Assembly: GCA_048938295.1 (NCBI GenBank)
Contig: JBHLMI010000001.1
Coordinates: 89,449-121,448, forward strand
Direction: 5' to 3'
DNA length: 32,000 bases
From: Promethearchaeota archaeon
GTDB lineage: Archaea; Asgardarchaeota; Hermodarchaeia; Hermodarchaeales; Hermodarchaeaceae
A program made the position numbers and the translations under genes. The notes below the pieces were generated by a model. That model saw nothing but the letters and a program-made list of their open reading frames with translations. It was not told the origin of the DNA and ran no database searches. Position 1 is the first letter of the stretch. Every line of letters starts with the position of its first letter. This document shows, piece by piece, positions 1 through 8,810 of this stretch.

Positions 1-13
1 TTTGATTTATATC

Positions 14-1546
14 CTAATGCTCATCCAACTCTGCGAGATTGTTAAAGATTGGTGAGAGCTGACGATATGCATTTTGAAAAATCGGAAACAACTTCGAATA
101 GTGTTCATAGGCCTCTTGGTTACATTGAAGCTGTGTTTTGATGGGTATTACCTCTAATAATGAATCGAAACTCGGATAAATCCCCAAGGCAACTGCTGCA
201 GTCAATGCTGCCCCAATCGAACCTGCATTTAGAGGTTCTTTCACCAAACGAATAGCTCGACCAGTTACATCCGAAATTATTTGCATCCAAAATTCGCTGA
301 TGGCGCCTCCCCCTACTCCGCAGATGTTGTCGATGACGAACGGAGCAGTTTCTTCCACCGAGTCAAGAATCCATCGAATGTTGAATGCCACCCCTTCAAG
401 GATAGCTCGAATTAGATGGCCCAGAGTGTGACCTAATTTGAGGCCCAAATATGTTCCTCGTGCGTTATGGTCGTTAAGGGGAGAACGTTCCCCAGACAAC
501 CAAGGAGTGAAAAGCAGCTGGTCAGATCCTGGGGGAACACTGCTAGCCAGTTTATCCATTTTCACGTATGGAATACCTTCTGCATCAAGTGAATCTAGGT
601 CGTTGCAAAGTGTATTACGTAACCACCGAAGGGCTGCACCTCCAGTTTCCATTTCGCCCATAAGGATGTTTTTATCGGGGTCTCCAGAACACATTGTTAA
701 ATAGCGTTTATGAGGGTCAATTATTACCTCTTTTGTAGTGACTCCAATCCATGTCGCAGTTCCTATACAGACGTGGCTGTCACCATGCTGTACACTTCCC
801 GACCCTATAGCCGCTACCGCCACATCACCTCCCGTCGCTATGACGGGGATGCCAGCAGGAACTCCAATCTGACGGGCGGCATCTTGTGTAATCTCTCCGA
901 TGATATGTGTTGAGGGGTAGGGGGTTGGGAGTTTCTCGGGTGAAATATTGGTGATGTTACAAACACGTTCAGACCATCTATGCTCACGAATATCAAAGAG
1001 TCCATAAAGGGACGCGTTGCTCCAATCAGTGACAAAATTGCCGGTTAGTTTGAGTTCAAGAAAATCTTTGCAATCCAAGAACTTGTGTGTCTTGGCATAG
1101 ATTTTTGGTTCTTTTTCTTTTATCCAGAGAATTCGGCTTACGATGTCTTTTGCGGAGGGTGCCATTCCAAGGATAGGATAAATCTCGTCAGTATACTGTT
1201 GAAGCCAATCACCCTGTTTTGTTGCACGTAAATCAAGCCAACTAATTGAATTTCGTAAGGGTGTTCCTTTTTTGTCAACCGGCATTATGGTGATCATCTG
1301 CGCCGATGGAGCAATTGCGAGTATGTCATCAGGTGATTTTGCTTTTTGGGCCACAGCTTTAGTTGTAGCACAAAATGCCTGCCACCAATCTTTAGGATCT
1401 TGTTCCACCCAATGTGATTTGGGGTAAAGAAGTGAGTATTCTCTAAACTCAGATGCAAGGACATTTCCTCTAATATCAGAGAGCACAGCTTTATCGCCGC
1501 TCGTGCCAAAGTCATGCGCAATAATGTACCCGTCTTTGCTAACCAT
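14..1546 (-). CDS. FGGY-family carbohydrate kinase (xylulokinase-like, substrate unknown)
   Basis: 510 aa; DFGTSGDKA phosphate-1 loop, VEQDPxDWW, WLDLRA, GGDVAVAAIGSG, FTPWLSGERSP, GGGAISEFWMQIISDVTG; lacks the GlpK signatures DQGTTSSR and YFSGTK. Confidence 0.9.
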   Translation of the reverse strand: MVSKDGYIIAHDFGTSGDKAVLSDIRGNVLASEFREYSLLYPKSHWVEQDPKDWWQAFCATTKAVAQKAKSPDDILAIAPSAQMITIMPVDKKGTPLRNSISWLDLRATKQGDWLQQYTDEIYPILGMAPSAKDIVSRILWIKEKEPKIYAKTHKFLDCKDFLELKLTGNFVTDWSNASLYGLFDIREHRWSERVCNITNISPEKLPTPYPSTHIIGEITQDAARQIGVPAGIPVIATGGDVAVAAIGSGSVQHGDSHVCIGTATWIGVTTKEVIIDPHKRYLTMCSGDPDKNILMGEMETGGAALRWLRNTLCNDLDSLDAEGIPYVKMDKLASSVPPGSDQLLFTPWLSGERSPLNDHNARGTYLGLKLGHTLGHLIRAILEGVAFNIRWILDSVEETAPFVIDNICGVGGGAISEFWMQIISDVTGRAIRLVKEPLNAGSIGAALTAAVALGIYPSFDSLLEVIPIKTQLQCNQEAYEHYSKLFPIFQNAYRQLSPIFNNLAELDEH

Positions 1547-1575
1547 TATTTCTCCATCCCTAATAGCTTAGGGTC

Positions 1576-2682
1576 TTATGGTTTGAGTATATGTTTCATC
1601 GCCTCAACAAATCTCCGATTATTTTCTGGTGAACTAACTGTAATTCGGAAATATGCTCCACCTAATCGATGGCTAGACATATCTCGAGCAAAGATTCCCA
1701 TATCTAGTAATTTTTCAATTATCTCTGGTGTGTCATGACCAGTATCTCCAGCGTTGATTAAAACGAAATTTCCGCTGGAGGGGAAAGTCTGAACCCCTTG
1801 GATAGATTCTAGTTCATTTCGAATATAGTCAACACCGGCTCTATTTGCTTCAACCCTCTCGCGTAAATAGTTGGGGTCATCAAACGCTGCTTCTACTGCT
1901 CGCTGAATGGGCATAGCGATGTGAAATGGTTGTGCGACCCGACTGAAATACTCAATTACCTTTTCATCAGCAACAAGATATCCGATTCGTAATCCTGCGA
2001 GACCCCATGCTTTTGAAAGTGTTCGAATAAAAACGATATTCGGATAAGAGGAAATTAGGTCTGTCATATTCTGATCGATATACTCTGCGTAAGCTTCATC
2101 AACCGCAATAATGATGTTGTTTCTAGCAAGCCTCTGGATATCTGATTTGTCACAGAAATTACCTGTTGGATTGTTGGGGGTGCACACAAACATGATTTTT
2201 GTTGAATCGGTTATGCCTTTTTCCATCGCCTCAAAGGGGTACACAAAGTCTGGGGGAGACATCCTTATTGAGGTGAGTTTGGCTCCATGAAGATTGGCAA
2301 ATTTCTCATAAGCAGAGAACGTCGGAGTATGAATTATCACTTCTTCGCCCGGTTCAACAAAGGTTCGAATTAAGACATCAATTACCTCCATAGAGCCAGC
2401 ACAAACGGCGATGTTTTCAGGCCTCATTCTTACATGTTTAGCAAACCGCTCACATAGTCCAGATGGAGGAGCAGGATACAAGTTGGTTGCTTCAATTTCA
2501 CTTATCATTGCTGCAATTACTGCCTTTGAAGGAGGAAGTGGGTTTTCATTCGACATCATCCGCAATAAGTCTCTATCTGACCATGCCCGAATGAAATGGC
2601 TGACATTGTAACCACTCGATTTCTTCACACTTTCGCGAACAAGGCTTTTCAAGTCAAACACAGTTTGCACCCGTAACTCCAC
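1576..2682 (-). CDS. Class I/II PLP aminotransferase, histidinol-phosphate aminotransferase (HisC/CobD) family
   Basis: 368 aa; MSNENP, CTPNNPTG, VDEAYAEY, RTLSKAWGLAGLRIGY (PLP lysine); GTG start uncertain. Confidence 0.85.
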   Translation of the reverse strand: MELRVQTVFDLKSLVRESVKKSSGYNVSHFIRAWSDRDLLRMMSNENPLPPSKAVIAAMISEIEATNLYPAPPSGLCERFAKHVRMRPENIAVCAGSMEVIDVLIRTFVEPGEEVIIHTPTFSAYEKFANLHGAKLTSIRMSPPDFVYPFEAMEKGITDSTKIMFVCTPNNPTGNFCDKSDIQRLARNNIIIAVDEAYAEYIDQNMTDLISSYPNIVFIRTLSKAWGLAGLRIGYLVADEKVIEYFSRVAQPFHIAMPIQRAVEAAFDDPNYLRERVEANRAGVDYIRNELESIQGVQTFPSSGNFVLINAGDTGHDTPEIIEKLLDMGIFARDMSSHRLGGAYFRITVSSPENNRRFVEAMKHILKP

Positions 2683-2785
2683 TAATGTATAATCTCTTTT
2701 TGGAATTTGTGATTGGTCAATCTTCTGAAACTTGTTGACACCTTTTTGGCATTATAGCTGAATCTGTTGGAAATCAGTTATCCAG

Positions 2786-2797
2786 AAAAAAAGGGGG
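2786..2797 (-). terminator. Possible archaeal oligo-T terminator after the permease gene
   Basis: Minus strand reads CCCCCTTTTTTT, starting about 17 nt after the permease stop. Confidence 0.35.
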
Positions 2798-2813
2798 AGG
2801 GGATTCCATCTGG

Positions 2814-4418
2814 CTATTCAGGTGGAATCTCCGCTTGAGCCTTGCTTATTGAAATACCCTTGGACTTGTGATAGAAGTAACTGATGTAGTAGATGATGGG
2901 TGCGATAATGAACGTCACGACTACTGCGAGCATAAACGACCAATCAATCGTGCCAGCTACCGCAGGAGACACTGAGGCATATCCAATGAATATGGAGATT
3001 GGGATAGAGATCAATGAGAACAGAGAAATTAATGGAATACCTGCTATCTTTTTCTTCGCAAAGTCCGGTGCAAGTTCAAAGATGTCCTTTCTTCGCCATG
3101 GGAAGATAACGCCTGCGATGCCAACAATGACCATCGCAATCCACCACGCGAGTATACTGTAGGTAAAGTAATCGAGGGCAGTTGTGTAGATGTAAAGGAT
3201 GTTCATTATCATAGAGATAATGAAAGTGACGATGATGGCAACCCAGGGAGCTCTAAAGCGGCTATCAACCTTTGAGAGGGAGCTAGGAAGTACGCGGTCA
3301 AATGACCATGCGAATATATTTCGGACACTGGAAATGAACAGACCAAGTGCAGCACCGAAACAACCAAAGGCGAAACAGATAGTTAGAAACGGTGGTATAA
3401 AGGCAATATCTGTGGCAAACATCGCTAGAATGTTGCCTAAGGGTTCAATTGGGAAATGACTCCACCAAAGTGGATCTCCTGCCACATCAAGATACGCTAA
3501 GCTATTCATAATCACTGGACCCATGGCGTAGTTATAGACAGCATAAAGACCGAAGGCAGTGAATCCGAAGATAAAGAGTGCGCCAATAATGGCGATGATA
3601 TGTGACCGAGTTACTCCCTTAATCTCTCCTGCAATATATGCAGAGTTAGTATATCCAAGGAAGTTTAACGTTGTATACGTGGTCGCAAAGAATGTCACTC
3701 CAATACCAATCGGAAGCGCTGCCGCGACGACCCAGCCTCCTGCCACAGCCGCGGCTTCTATCGACGCAAACGAAAGTGCTCCTCCTGTAAGAAGCTGCAT
3801 TCGTGCGTCAATAAGCGGAGCCCCAGCAATCATAATGCCGGCCCACACCATCAATCCAATGTAACCCAGAATAATGGATACCCATTCTGCTCGGAATTCC
3901 CATTTGGACCCGAGGAATGAAAGGAGTGCCATTAGTACGATTATCACTGTACCTATTGCTAGTTTTACCTCGTTGATGTTTAGCAAAGCAAAAATGGCCA
4001 ATGCACCTGCGTCACCTGTCATGGTTCCCCAAGTAAGCCAAATTGGCGCTAAACCCCATTCGACAATCCATGATGCAAAAGGTCCTGCCCAGGAAAGGAG
4101 AATCAGGGTGATATACCAGTTAACTGCGAACCCGACGGCTGGATGAATGATTCGGCTAACCCAAACGTAATCGCCACCTGAACGGGGCATCGCTATGCTA
4201 AACATAACGTACATAATGGCGTTCGGAATCATGAAAGCGATTGCAATGAGTGCCGAAAGGGGCATCCACACGCCGGGACCGTGAAGACCTACTGCCCACA
4301 TTTGATAGACCCAAGGCCAAAAGATCCCTGGAATCAGAATGCACATAACTAGAGCGTCCCAAGCACTGACGTTGCGAACAAGACCGGAAGCTTTTCGAAC
4401 AAATATTTCTTCTCCCAT
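2814..4418 (-). CDS. APC-superfamily amino acid/amine permease
   Basis: 534 aa, about 12 hydrophobic segments; FVRKASGLVR N-terminus, MPRSGGDYVWVSR, AYIAGEIK, RNIFAWSFDRVLP. Confidence 0.9.
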   Translation of the reverse strand: MGEEIFVRKASGLVRNVSAWDALVMCILIPGIFWPWVYQMWAVGLHGPGVWMPLSALIAIAFMIPNAIMYVMFSIAMPRSGGDYVWVSRIIHPAVGFAVNWYITLILLSWAGPFASWIVEWGLAPIWLTWGTMTGDAGALAIFALLNINEVKLAIGTVIIVLMALLSFLGSKWEFRAEWVSIILGYIGLMVWAGIMIAGAPLIDARMQLLTGGALSFASIEAAAVAGGWVVAAALPIGIGVTFFATTYTTLNFLGYTNSAYIAGEIKGVTRSHIIAIIGALFIFGFTAFGLYAVYNYAMGPVIMNSLAYLDVAGDPLWWSHFPIEPLGNILAMFATDIAFIPPFLTICFAFGCFGAALGLFISSVRNIFAWSFDRVLPSSLSKVDSRFRAPWVAIIVTFIISMIMNILYIYTTALDYFTYSILAWWIAMVIVGIAGVIFPWRRKDIFELAPDFAKKKIAGIPLISLFSLISIPISIFIGYASVSPAVAGTIDWSFMLAVVVTFIIAPIIYYISYFYHKSKGISISKAQAEIPPE

Positions 4419-4634
4419 TTTTCATTCAACTCGAGAATGACTTGTAATGGGTGTTTGGTTCATAGGTTACCAAACGTCCTCTCATCGTGTGTATATCGTA
4501 TAAAACCGTTACTTATGAAAGGGCACAATTGAGAAATCTGCAATGTCGCTATTCTTTCAACGGTATACGAGATGAATGAGCAAGTCGTATACTAAAATTG
4601 GTCGATTTTTAAAACAAATAACCACCTTTATGTT

Positions 4635-4658
4635 AAATTATTTTTATAAAAATAATTT
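4635..4658. promoter_or_regulatory. Perfect 24-bp A/T-only palindrome in a divergent intergenic region
   Basis: AAATTATTTTTATAAAAATAATTT equals its own reverse complement; lies in an AT-rich patch between the permease and phosphoesterase genes. Confidence 0.45.
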
Positions 4659-5135
4659 TAGTTTATTTTAACTAAATATTGCTGGCTCAATCTCAGCCTT
4701 ATCGGAGCCACAAGTTGAAGGATTGACTTCGAGTTAAGTCCTCGTCGGTTTACATTTCCTCACTGTAGGAAATCATTTTTATGAATTTCTTCGTGTAATT
4801 CACCACCAGCAGTGCTTTGAAACCGCTTCTTGTGTGGACTCGATAGGAAAGTCAAATGAAATGGCATTTGAACAAAATCCAAGCACTTACTACGGCACAC
4901 GAAGTTAATCCACAACAGTTCACGATTCTTGGAAAACGAGGACTAACGGAAGCCGCTGCAAAAAGAATTACTCAGAATACCAGCGTTATTTGATTAACTT
5001 GTTTGCGTTCATGAATGTTTATCGAATCGAAAGTCTTTAATTTCGAGACACCGTTTTCCGATGGGTTGTTGCCCCTAATCTCCTCCTTTCTGCGAACCAC
5101 AAATAGGACTATAACAAACGGTAATGTGATAAAAT

Positions 5136-6095
5136 ATGAAAACACGCATTTTCTTCACGACAGATATTCATGGATCAGAACGTTGTTGGCGAAAATTCGT
5201 TAATGCAGGTCCTTTCTATGAAGCAAATGTTGTCATCATGGGAGGGGATATCACCGGCAAAGCTATCATTCCGATTAAACAAGACGGTGAGCACTATTCG
5301 ACCACTTTTATGAATAAAACTCACGAGATCGATTCGCAAGAAGAACTCGATGCTATTCTTAAAACGATTCGAAACAGTGGCTATTATCCATATATTGCAT
5401 CCACCGACGAGATTCACAAGATCAGTGAAAGCAAAGAAGCCATTGAGGAATTATTCAACAAGGTAATGCATGATGAACTTGTTCGGTGGATCAAGTTAGC
5501 AGAAGAAAGATTAGGTGACTCAGAAATCAAGATGTACGTTTGCCCAGGAAACGATGATCGATTCAATATAGATACTGCTCTGGATGCTTCGGATTATGTA
5601 ATCAATCCTAATGGGAAAGTCGTAATGATTGACGATGATCATGAAATGATCTCCCTTGGATATGGCAATGTGACACCTTGGGAATGTCCACGAGATATCC
5701 CGGAGGAGCAATTAGAAGAACGAATCGAAGCAATGGCATCAAAACTACAGAATCCTTCGTCATCAATCTTCAACATGCACGTTCCGCCATATGATTCAAC
5801 TCTTGACCTCTGTCCTGTCCTTGCTGAAGTGGAAGGCGGTGAGTTTCAAATCCAAACCAAGGGAGGACGAATTACAGACCAACCCGTAGGAAGCAAGGCT
5901 GTACGTGCTGCTATCGAAAAATATCAGCCCCTACTCGGTTTGCATGGTCATATTCATGAATCACGAGGGTTCCAAAAAATTGGAAAAACACTGGCGCTGA
6001 ATCCCGGCAGTGAATATCTTGAAGGCGTGCTCCGCGGTGCCCTCATCGATATTGAAGGGCGCAAGGTTAAGCATTTCATGCTTACTCAAGGCTAA
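5136..6095 (+). CDS. Calcineurin-like metallophosphoesterase
   Basis: 319 aa; metal motifs TDIHG, GGDITG, PGNDD, NMHVPP, LHGHIHE. Confidence 0.9.
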   Translation: MKTRIFFTTDIHGSERCWRKFVNAGPFYEANVVIMGGDITGKAIIPIKQDGEHYSTTFMNKTHEIDSQEELDAILKTIRNSGYYPYIASTDEIHKISESKEAIEELFNKVMHDELVRWIKLAEERLGDSEIKMYVCPGNDDRFNIDTALDASDYVINPNGKVVMIDDDHEMISLGYGNVTPWECPRDIPEEQLEERIEAMASKLQNPSSSIFNMHVPPYDSTLDLCPVLAEVEGGEFQIQTKGGRITDQPVGSKAVRAAIEKYQPLLGLHGHIHESRGFQKIGKTLALNPGSEYLEGVLRGALIDIEGRKVKHFMLTQG

Positions 6096-6136
6096 GACAG
6101 GTATTTCGTGTCCAATTCACGTGCCCTATCCTATGA

Positions 6137-7513
6137 CTACTTTCCCCAATCATTACTAGCCTTAAACAGTGTCCACGGATGGGGAATTATATCTCGAGTA
6201 TACGGAGCTTGCCAAGCATACTCAGGGTGGTCAGAGAAGAATTTCTTTGAATTAAACCGCAAATCGCATGCAGGTCCCCAATGCGCCCACCAGGATCCTG
6301 TTTCACTTAAAGAACTTGTTACAACCTTCGCATCTGTTGCCCCAAAGGCTTCAAACGGACCACATTTCCATTCTTTTAATCCTCGCTCATCATATTCCGT
6401 ATGACCACATATTGTATTTGCTGAGGGTTGTTCCTTGTCCAATGAGACGTCGAAATGGTCGCTTATAATCCGTTGGGCAATCTCGACATCTATTTGGCCA
6501 TTATATTGCTCCATCAGTTGAAGAAGCCGCTGGGTTCTTGATGCGCAAGAATGGGTTGCTTTCTGATTGAAGGAAATTCCTTTGCACTCCGCTCTTACCT
6601 TTTCATCTAATGCCCAATTCGAGCCAATAAAATACCCACTTTTCGTTCGGCGCGTGGCGTATTCATAAATCCCAAGTTCTAACCATCCAATTTCATTAGT
6701 CCTAGCATCTCCCACAAGATACGCATTGGCCCACCCGCCATTGTTCCCTTCGATCATAGTCTTCATCCAACTATCAATCGAATCAGCAAATTGAATTGCT
6801 AGTCTTCCCCGAACAAAATACGGAATTTCGTCTACTTTGAATTTACTAGCCCCTGTGATTGTTGTCTCAGCACACATAATTCCTGCATCATTCATATCCC
6901 AATCTATGGTTGATCCACCAATCGCCCCTGGCCAGGTATGAATGAACATCTTCTTCCCCTCAGAGGGGATTAAGCTCATCATGATATTATAGGTCGTTCC
7001 GATGATATAGGAAAACCACGTGTTGTGACAAAGGACAATCCGCTTGTCTTTTGTTGCCTCTCCCGTTGCAATGAAAGCACTGCAGTGTCCACTTTTTCTC
7101 CGGGCATCTTGGTTTTTTTCATGTTCTTTCGCATAATGACATGAAAGGGTATCACCATAGGCGTTGATTGCGAGTAAGTCCTTCCAGCTGACATCCTTTA
7201 TTCCTCGGAGTCGCACCCCGGCCTCAACAGCCTGAATCTCCTCTTGAAGTTTTTCAGGAGTCATATGCCAGCAGATCTTTTCCGAATCTGCGCGGAACTT
7301 TTTCCAAGGATAATTTTCAGCTTTATCGAGGAACATTCCTGTTTGCTTCACGTTAGCCTGAATCTCGTGAGCAAGCCAATATCCATGTTGAAATCCCATC
7401 TTTTGATAATCGCCAGAAAGATGAAGGCGAATCCACCCGTTCACATCGGTTCGAAAGGAACCACTTAACAGATTTGGAACTTCCTCCTTGCTTGGAAGCC
7501 AAATTGAAGTCAT
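6137..7513 (-). CDS. Ntn hydrolase, phospholipase-B-like / peptidase C45 family
   Basis: 458 aa; GH|CSAFIATG with a candidate nucleophile Cys144, followed by LCHNTW; N-terminal MGFQHGY and LLAINAY. Confidence 0.8.
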   Translation of the reverse strand: MTSIWLPSKEEVPNLLSGSFRTDVNGWIRLHLSGDYQKMGFQHGYWLAHEIQANVKQTGMFLDKAENYPWKKFRADSEKICWHMTPEKLQEEIQAVEAGVRLRGIKDVSWKDLLAINAYGDTLSCHYAKEHEKNQDARRKSGHCSAFIATGEATKDKRIVLCHNTWFSYIIGTTYNIMMSLIPSEGKKMFIHTWPGAIGGSTIDWDMNDAGIMCAETTITGASKFKVDEIPYFVRGRLAIQFADSIDSWMKTMIEGNNGGWANAYLVGDARTNEIGWLELGIYEYATRRTKSGYFIGSNWALDEKVRAECKGISFNQKATHSCASRTQRLLQLMEQYNGQIDVEIAQRIISDHFDVSLDKEQPSANTICGHTEYDERGLKEWKCGPFEAFGATDAKVVTSSLSETGSWWAHWGPACDLRFNSKKFFSDHPEYAWQAPYTRDIIPHPWTLFKASNDWGK

Positions 7514-7632
7514 GGGTCTACATATTCGCTACATGTCTAAAGCGTTTATGGATTGAATTGAGAGGAGAATCAGAATTACGTGGGATACTTATAGAAGTTA
7601 CTTCCCAATGCTCGTAGCAAAAATCTCATCCC

Positions 7633-7638
7633 AGGTGA
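7633..7638 (+). promoter_or_regulatory. Ribosome-binding site
   Basis: AGGTGA about 7 nt before the GTG at 7645; similar GGTGA sites at 30116-30120 and 31402-31407. Confidence 0.6.
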
Positions 7639-7644
7639 AAAACC

Positions 7645-8754
7645 GTGGAACCTAGCCAGATGAAAATTTTCGGATCAGCTAGTCGGTATGTACAAGGACG
7701 TGGAGCTCTAGACGAAGTTGGTGTCCACATTACTAAGATCGGCAAACAAGCACTCATTTTAGGGGGCAAAACGGCACTAGGCATAACAGAAAAACGGCTA
7801 AATAAAAGTCTAAATGAGTCTGATGTCAACATCGTAGCGATAGACAAAACGGTTCGAATGTCGACTTACCCAACAATTGAACGACTTACTGGTATTGGTA
7901 AAAAAGAGAAAGCTGACATCATTATTGGCGTGGGCGGGGGTGTGTCCGTTGATACTGCGAAGGCTGTTGCATATAAACTCCACGTACCAGTCGCGTGTGT
8001 GCCAACCCAATGCGCTACCAATGCAGATGCAAGTGCCCTTTCAGTCATCTATACCGATGAACATGAGTGGCTCGAATACCTCTTCTATCCAAAGAACCCA
8101 GATCTAGTCTTAGTAGATCCTGAAATTTTAGTAACTGCTCCTGCAAAATTCACAGTATGGGGAATGGGTGATGCATTGGGGGCTAATATTGAGGCAAAAG
8201 CATGCGTTGCCCAACCAAACGCTTCTAGCCTCCTATTTGGACGTCCAACCGCTGTATCACCTTGGATTGGAGAATTGTGCGAACATAACCTACTAACCTA
8301 CGGATATCGAGCTGCAAAAGACCTTGAACAAAAACTCGTAACTCCTTTTGTTGAACGTATCTTTGAATCCATTAAACTTCTTAGTAGCTTATGCGCCGAA
8401 AGCACTGGTCTAGCCGCGGCCCATGCTATTCACAATGGTCTAACTTTCATCTCTGGAGTAAAAGCTAATCATGGCGAAATCGTTGCATTTTGCGTTCTAG
8501 TGCAAATGATGCTTGAAAACCGTGAACCCAAAGAAATAGAGAGGATAATGGCATGGGAGCACAAGGTCGGCCTTCCCATAACTCTCGCTCAACTTGGTGA
8601 CATCAACCCCGAAGATCTTGGCACGGCTGCTGAAAAAGCCTGTAACCCTAAAGACACGATGGGAAACATGCCCATTGCAATTTCGCCTGGAATGGTCAGA
8701 GATGCTATAATCGCGGTGGATAAATGGGGTACAGATTTTACTGAAACCCACTAA
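7645..8754 (+). CDS. gldA: Glycerol dehydrogenase family, Zn-dependent polyol dehydrogenase
   Basis: 369 aa; SRYVQGRG, GVGGGVSVDTAKA, PTQCATNADASALSVIYT; Zn ligands in GMGDAL, AAAHAIHNGLT, HGEIVAF. Confidence 0.88.
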   Translation: MEPSQMKIFGSASRYVQGRGALDEVGVHITKIGKQALILGGKTALGITEKRLNKSLNESDVNIVAIDKTVRMSTYPTIERLTGIGKKEKADIIIGVGGGVSVDTAKAVAYKLHVPVACVPTQCATNADASALSVIYTDEHEWLEYLFYPKNPDLVLVDPEILVTAPAKFTVWGMGDALGANIEAKACVAQPNASSLLFGRPTAVSPWIGELCEHNLLTYGYRAAKDLEQKLVTPFVERIFESIKLLSSLCAESTGLAAAHAIHNGLTFISGVKANHGEIVAFCVLVQMMLENREPKEIERIMAWEHKVGLPITLAQLGDINPEDLGTAAEKACNPKDTMGNMPIAISPGMVRDAIIAVDKWGTDFTETH

Positions 8755-8810
8755 CCATTTCCAAAAAGACACTCAGGTTCTATAAAAACGAATAAACGAA
8801 GCTGGTCATA

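Noticed and set aside
14-1546. Glycerol kinase glpK, suggested by nearby gldA and GDPD
   Set aside because: GlpK signature motifs are absent; the sequence fits the xylulokinase-like branch.
4856-4993. 45-aa ORF MKWHLNKIQ...ILGKRGLTEAAAKRI in the long intergenic region
   Set aside because: Short, with no RBS; the resemblance to a YhbY/CRM motif is too weak to support.
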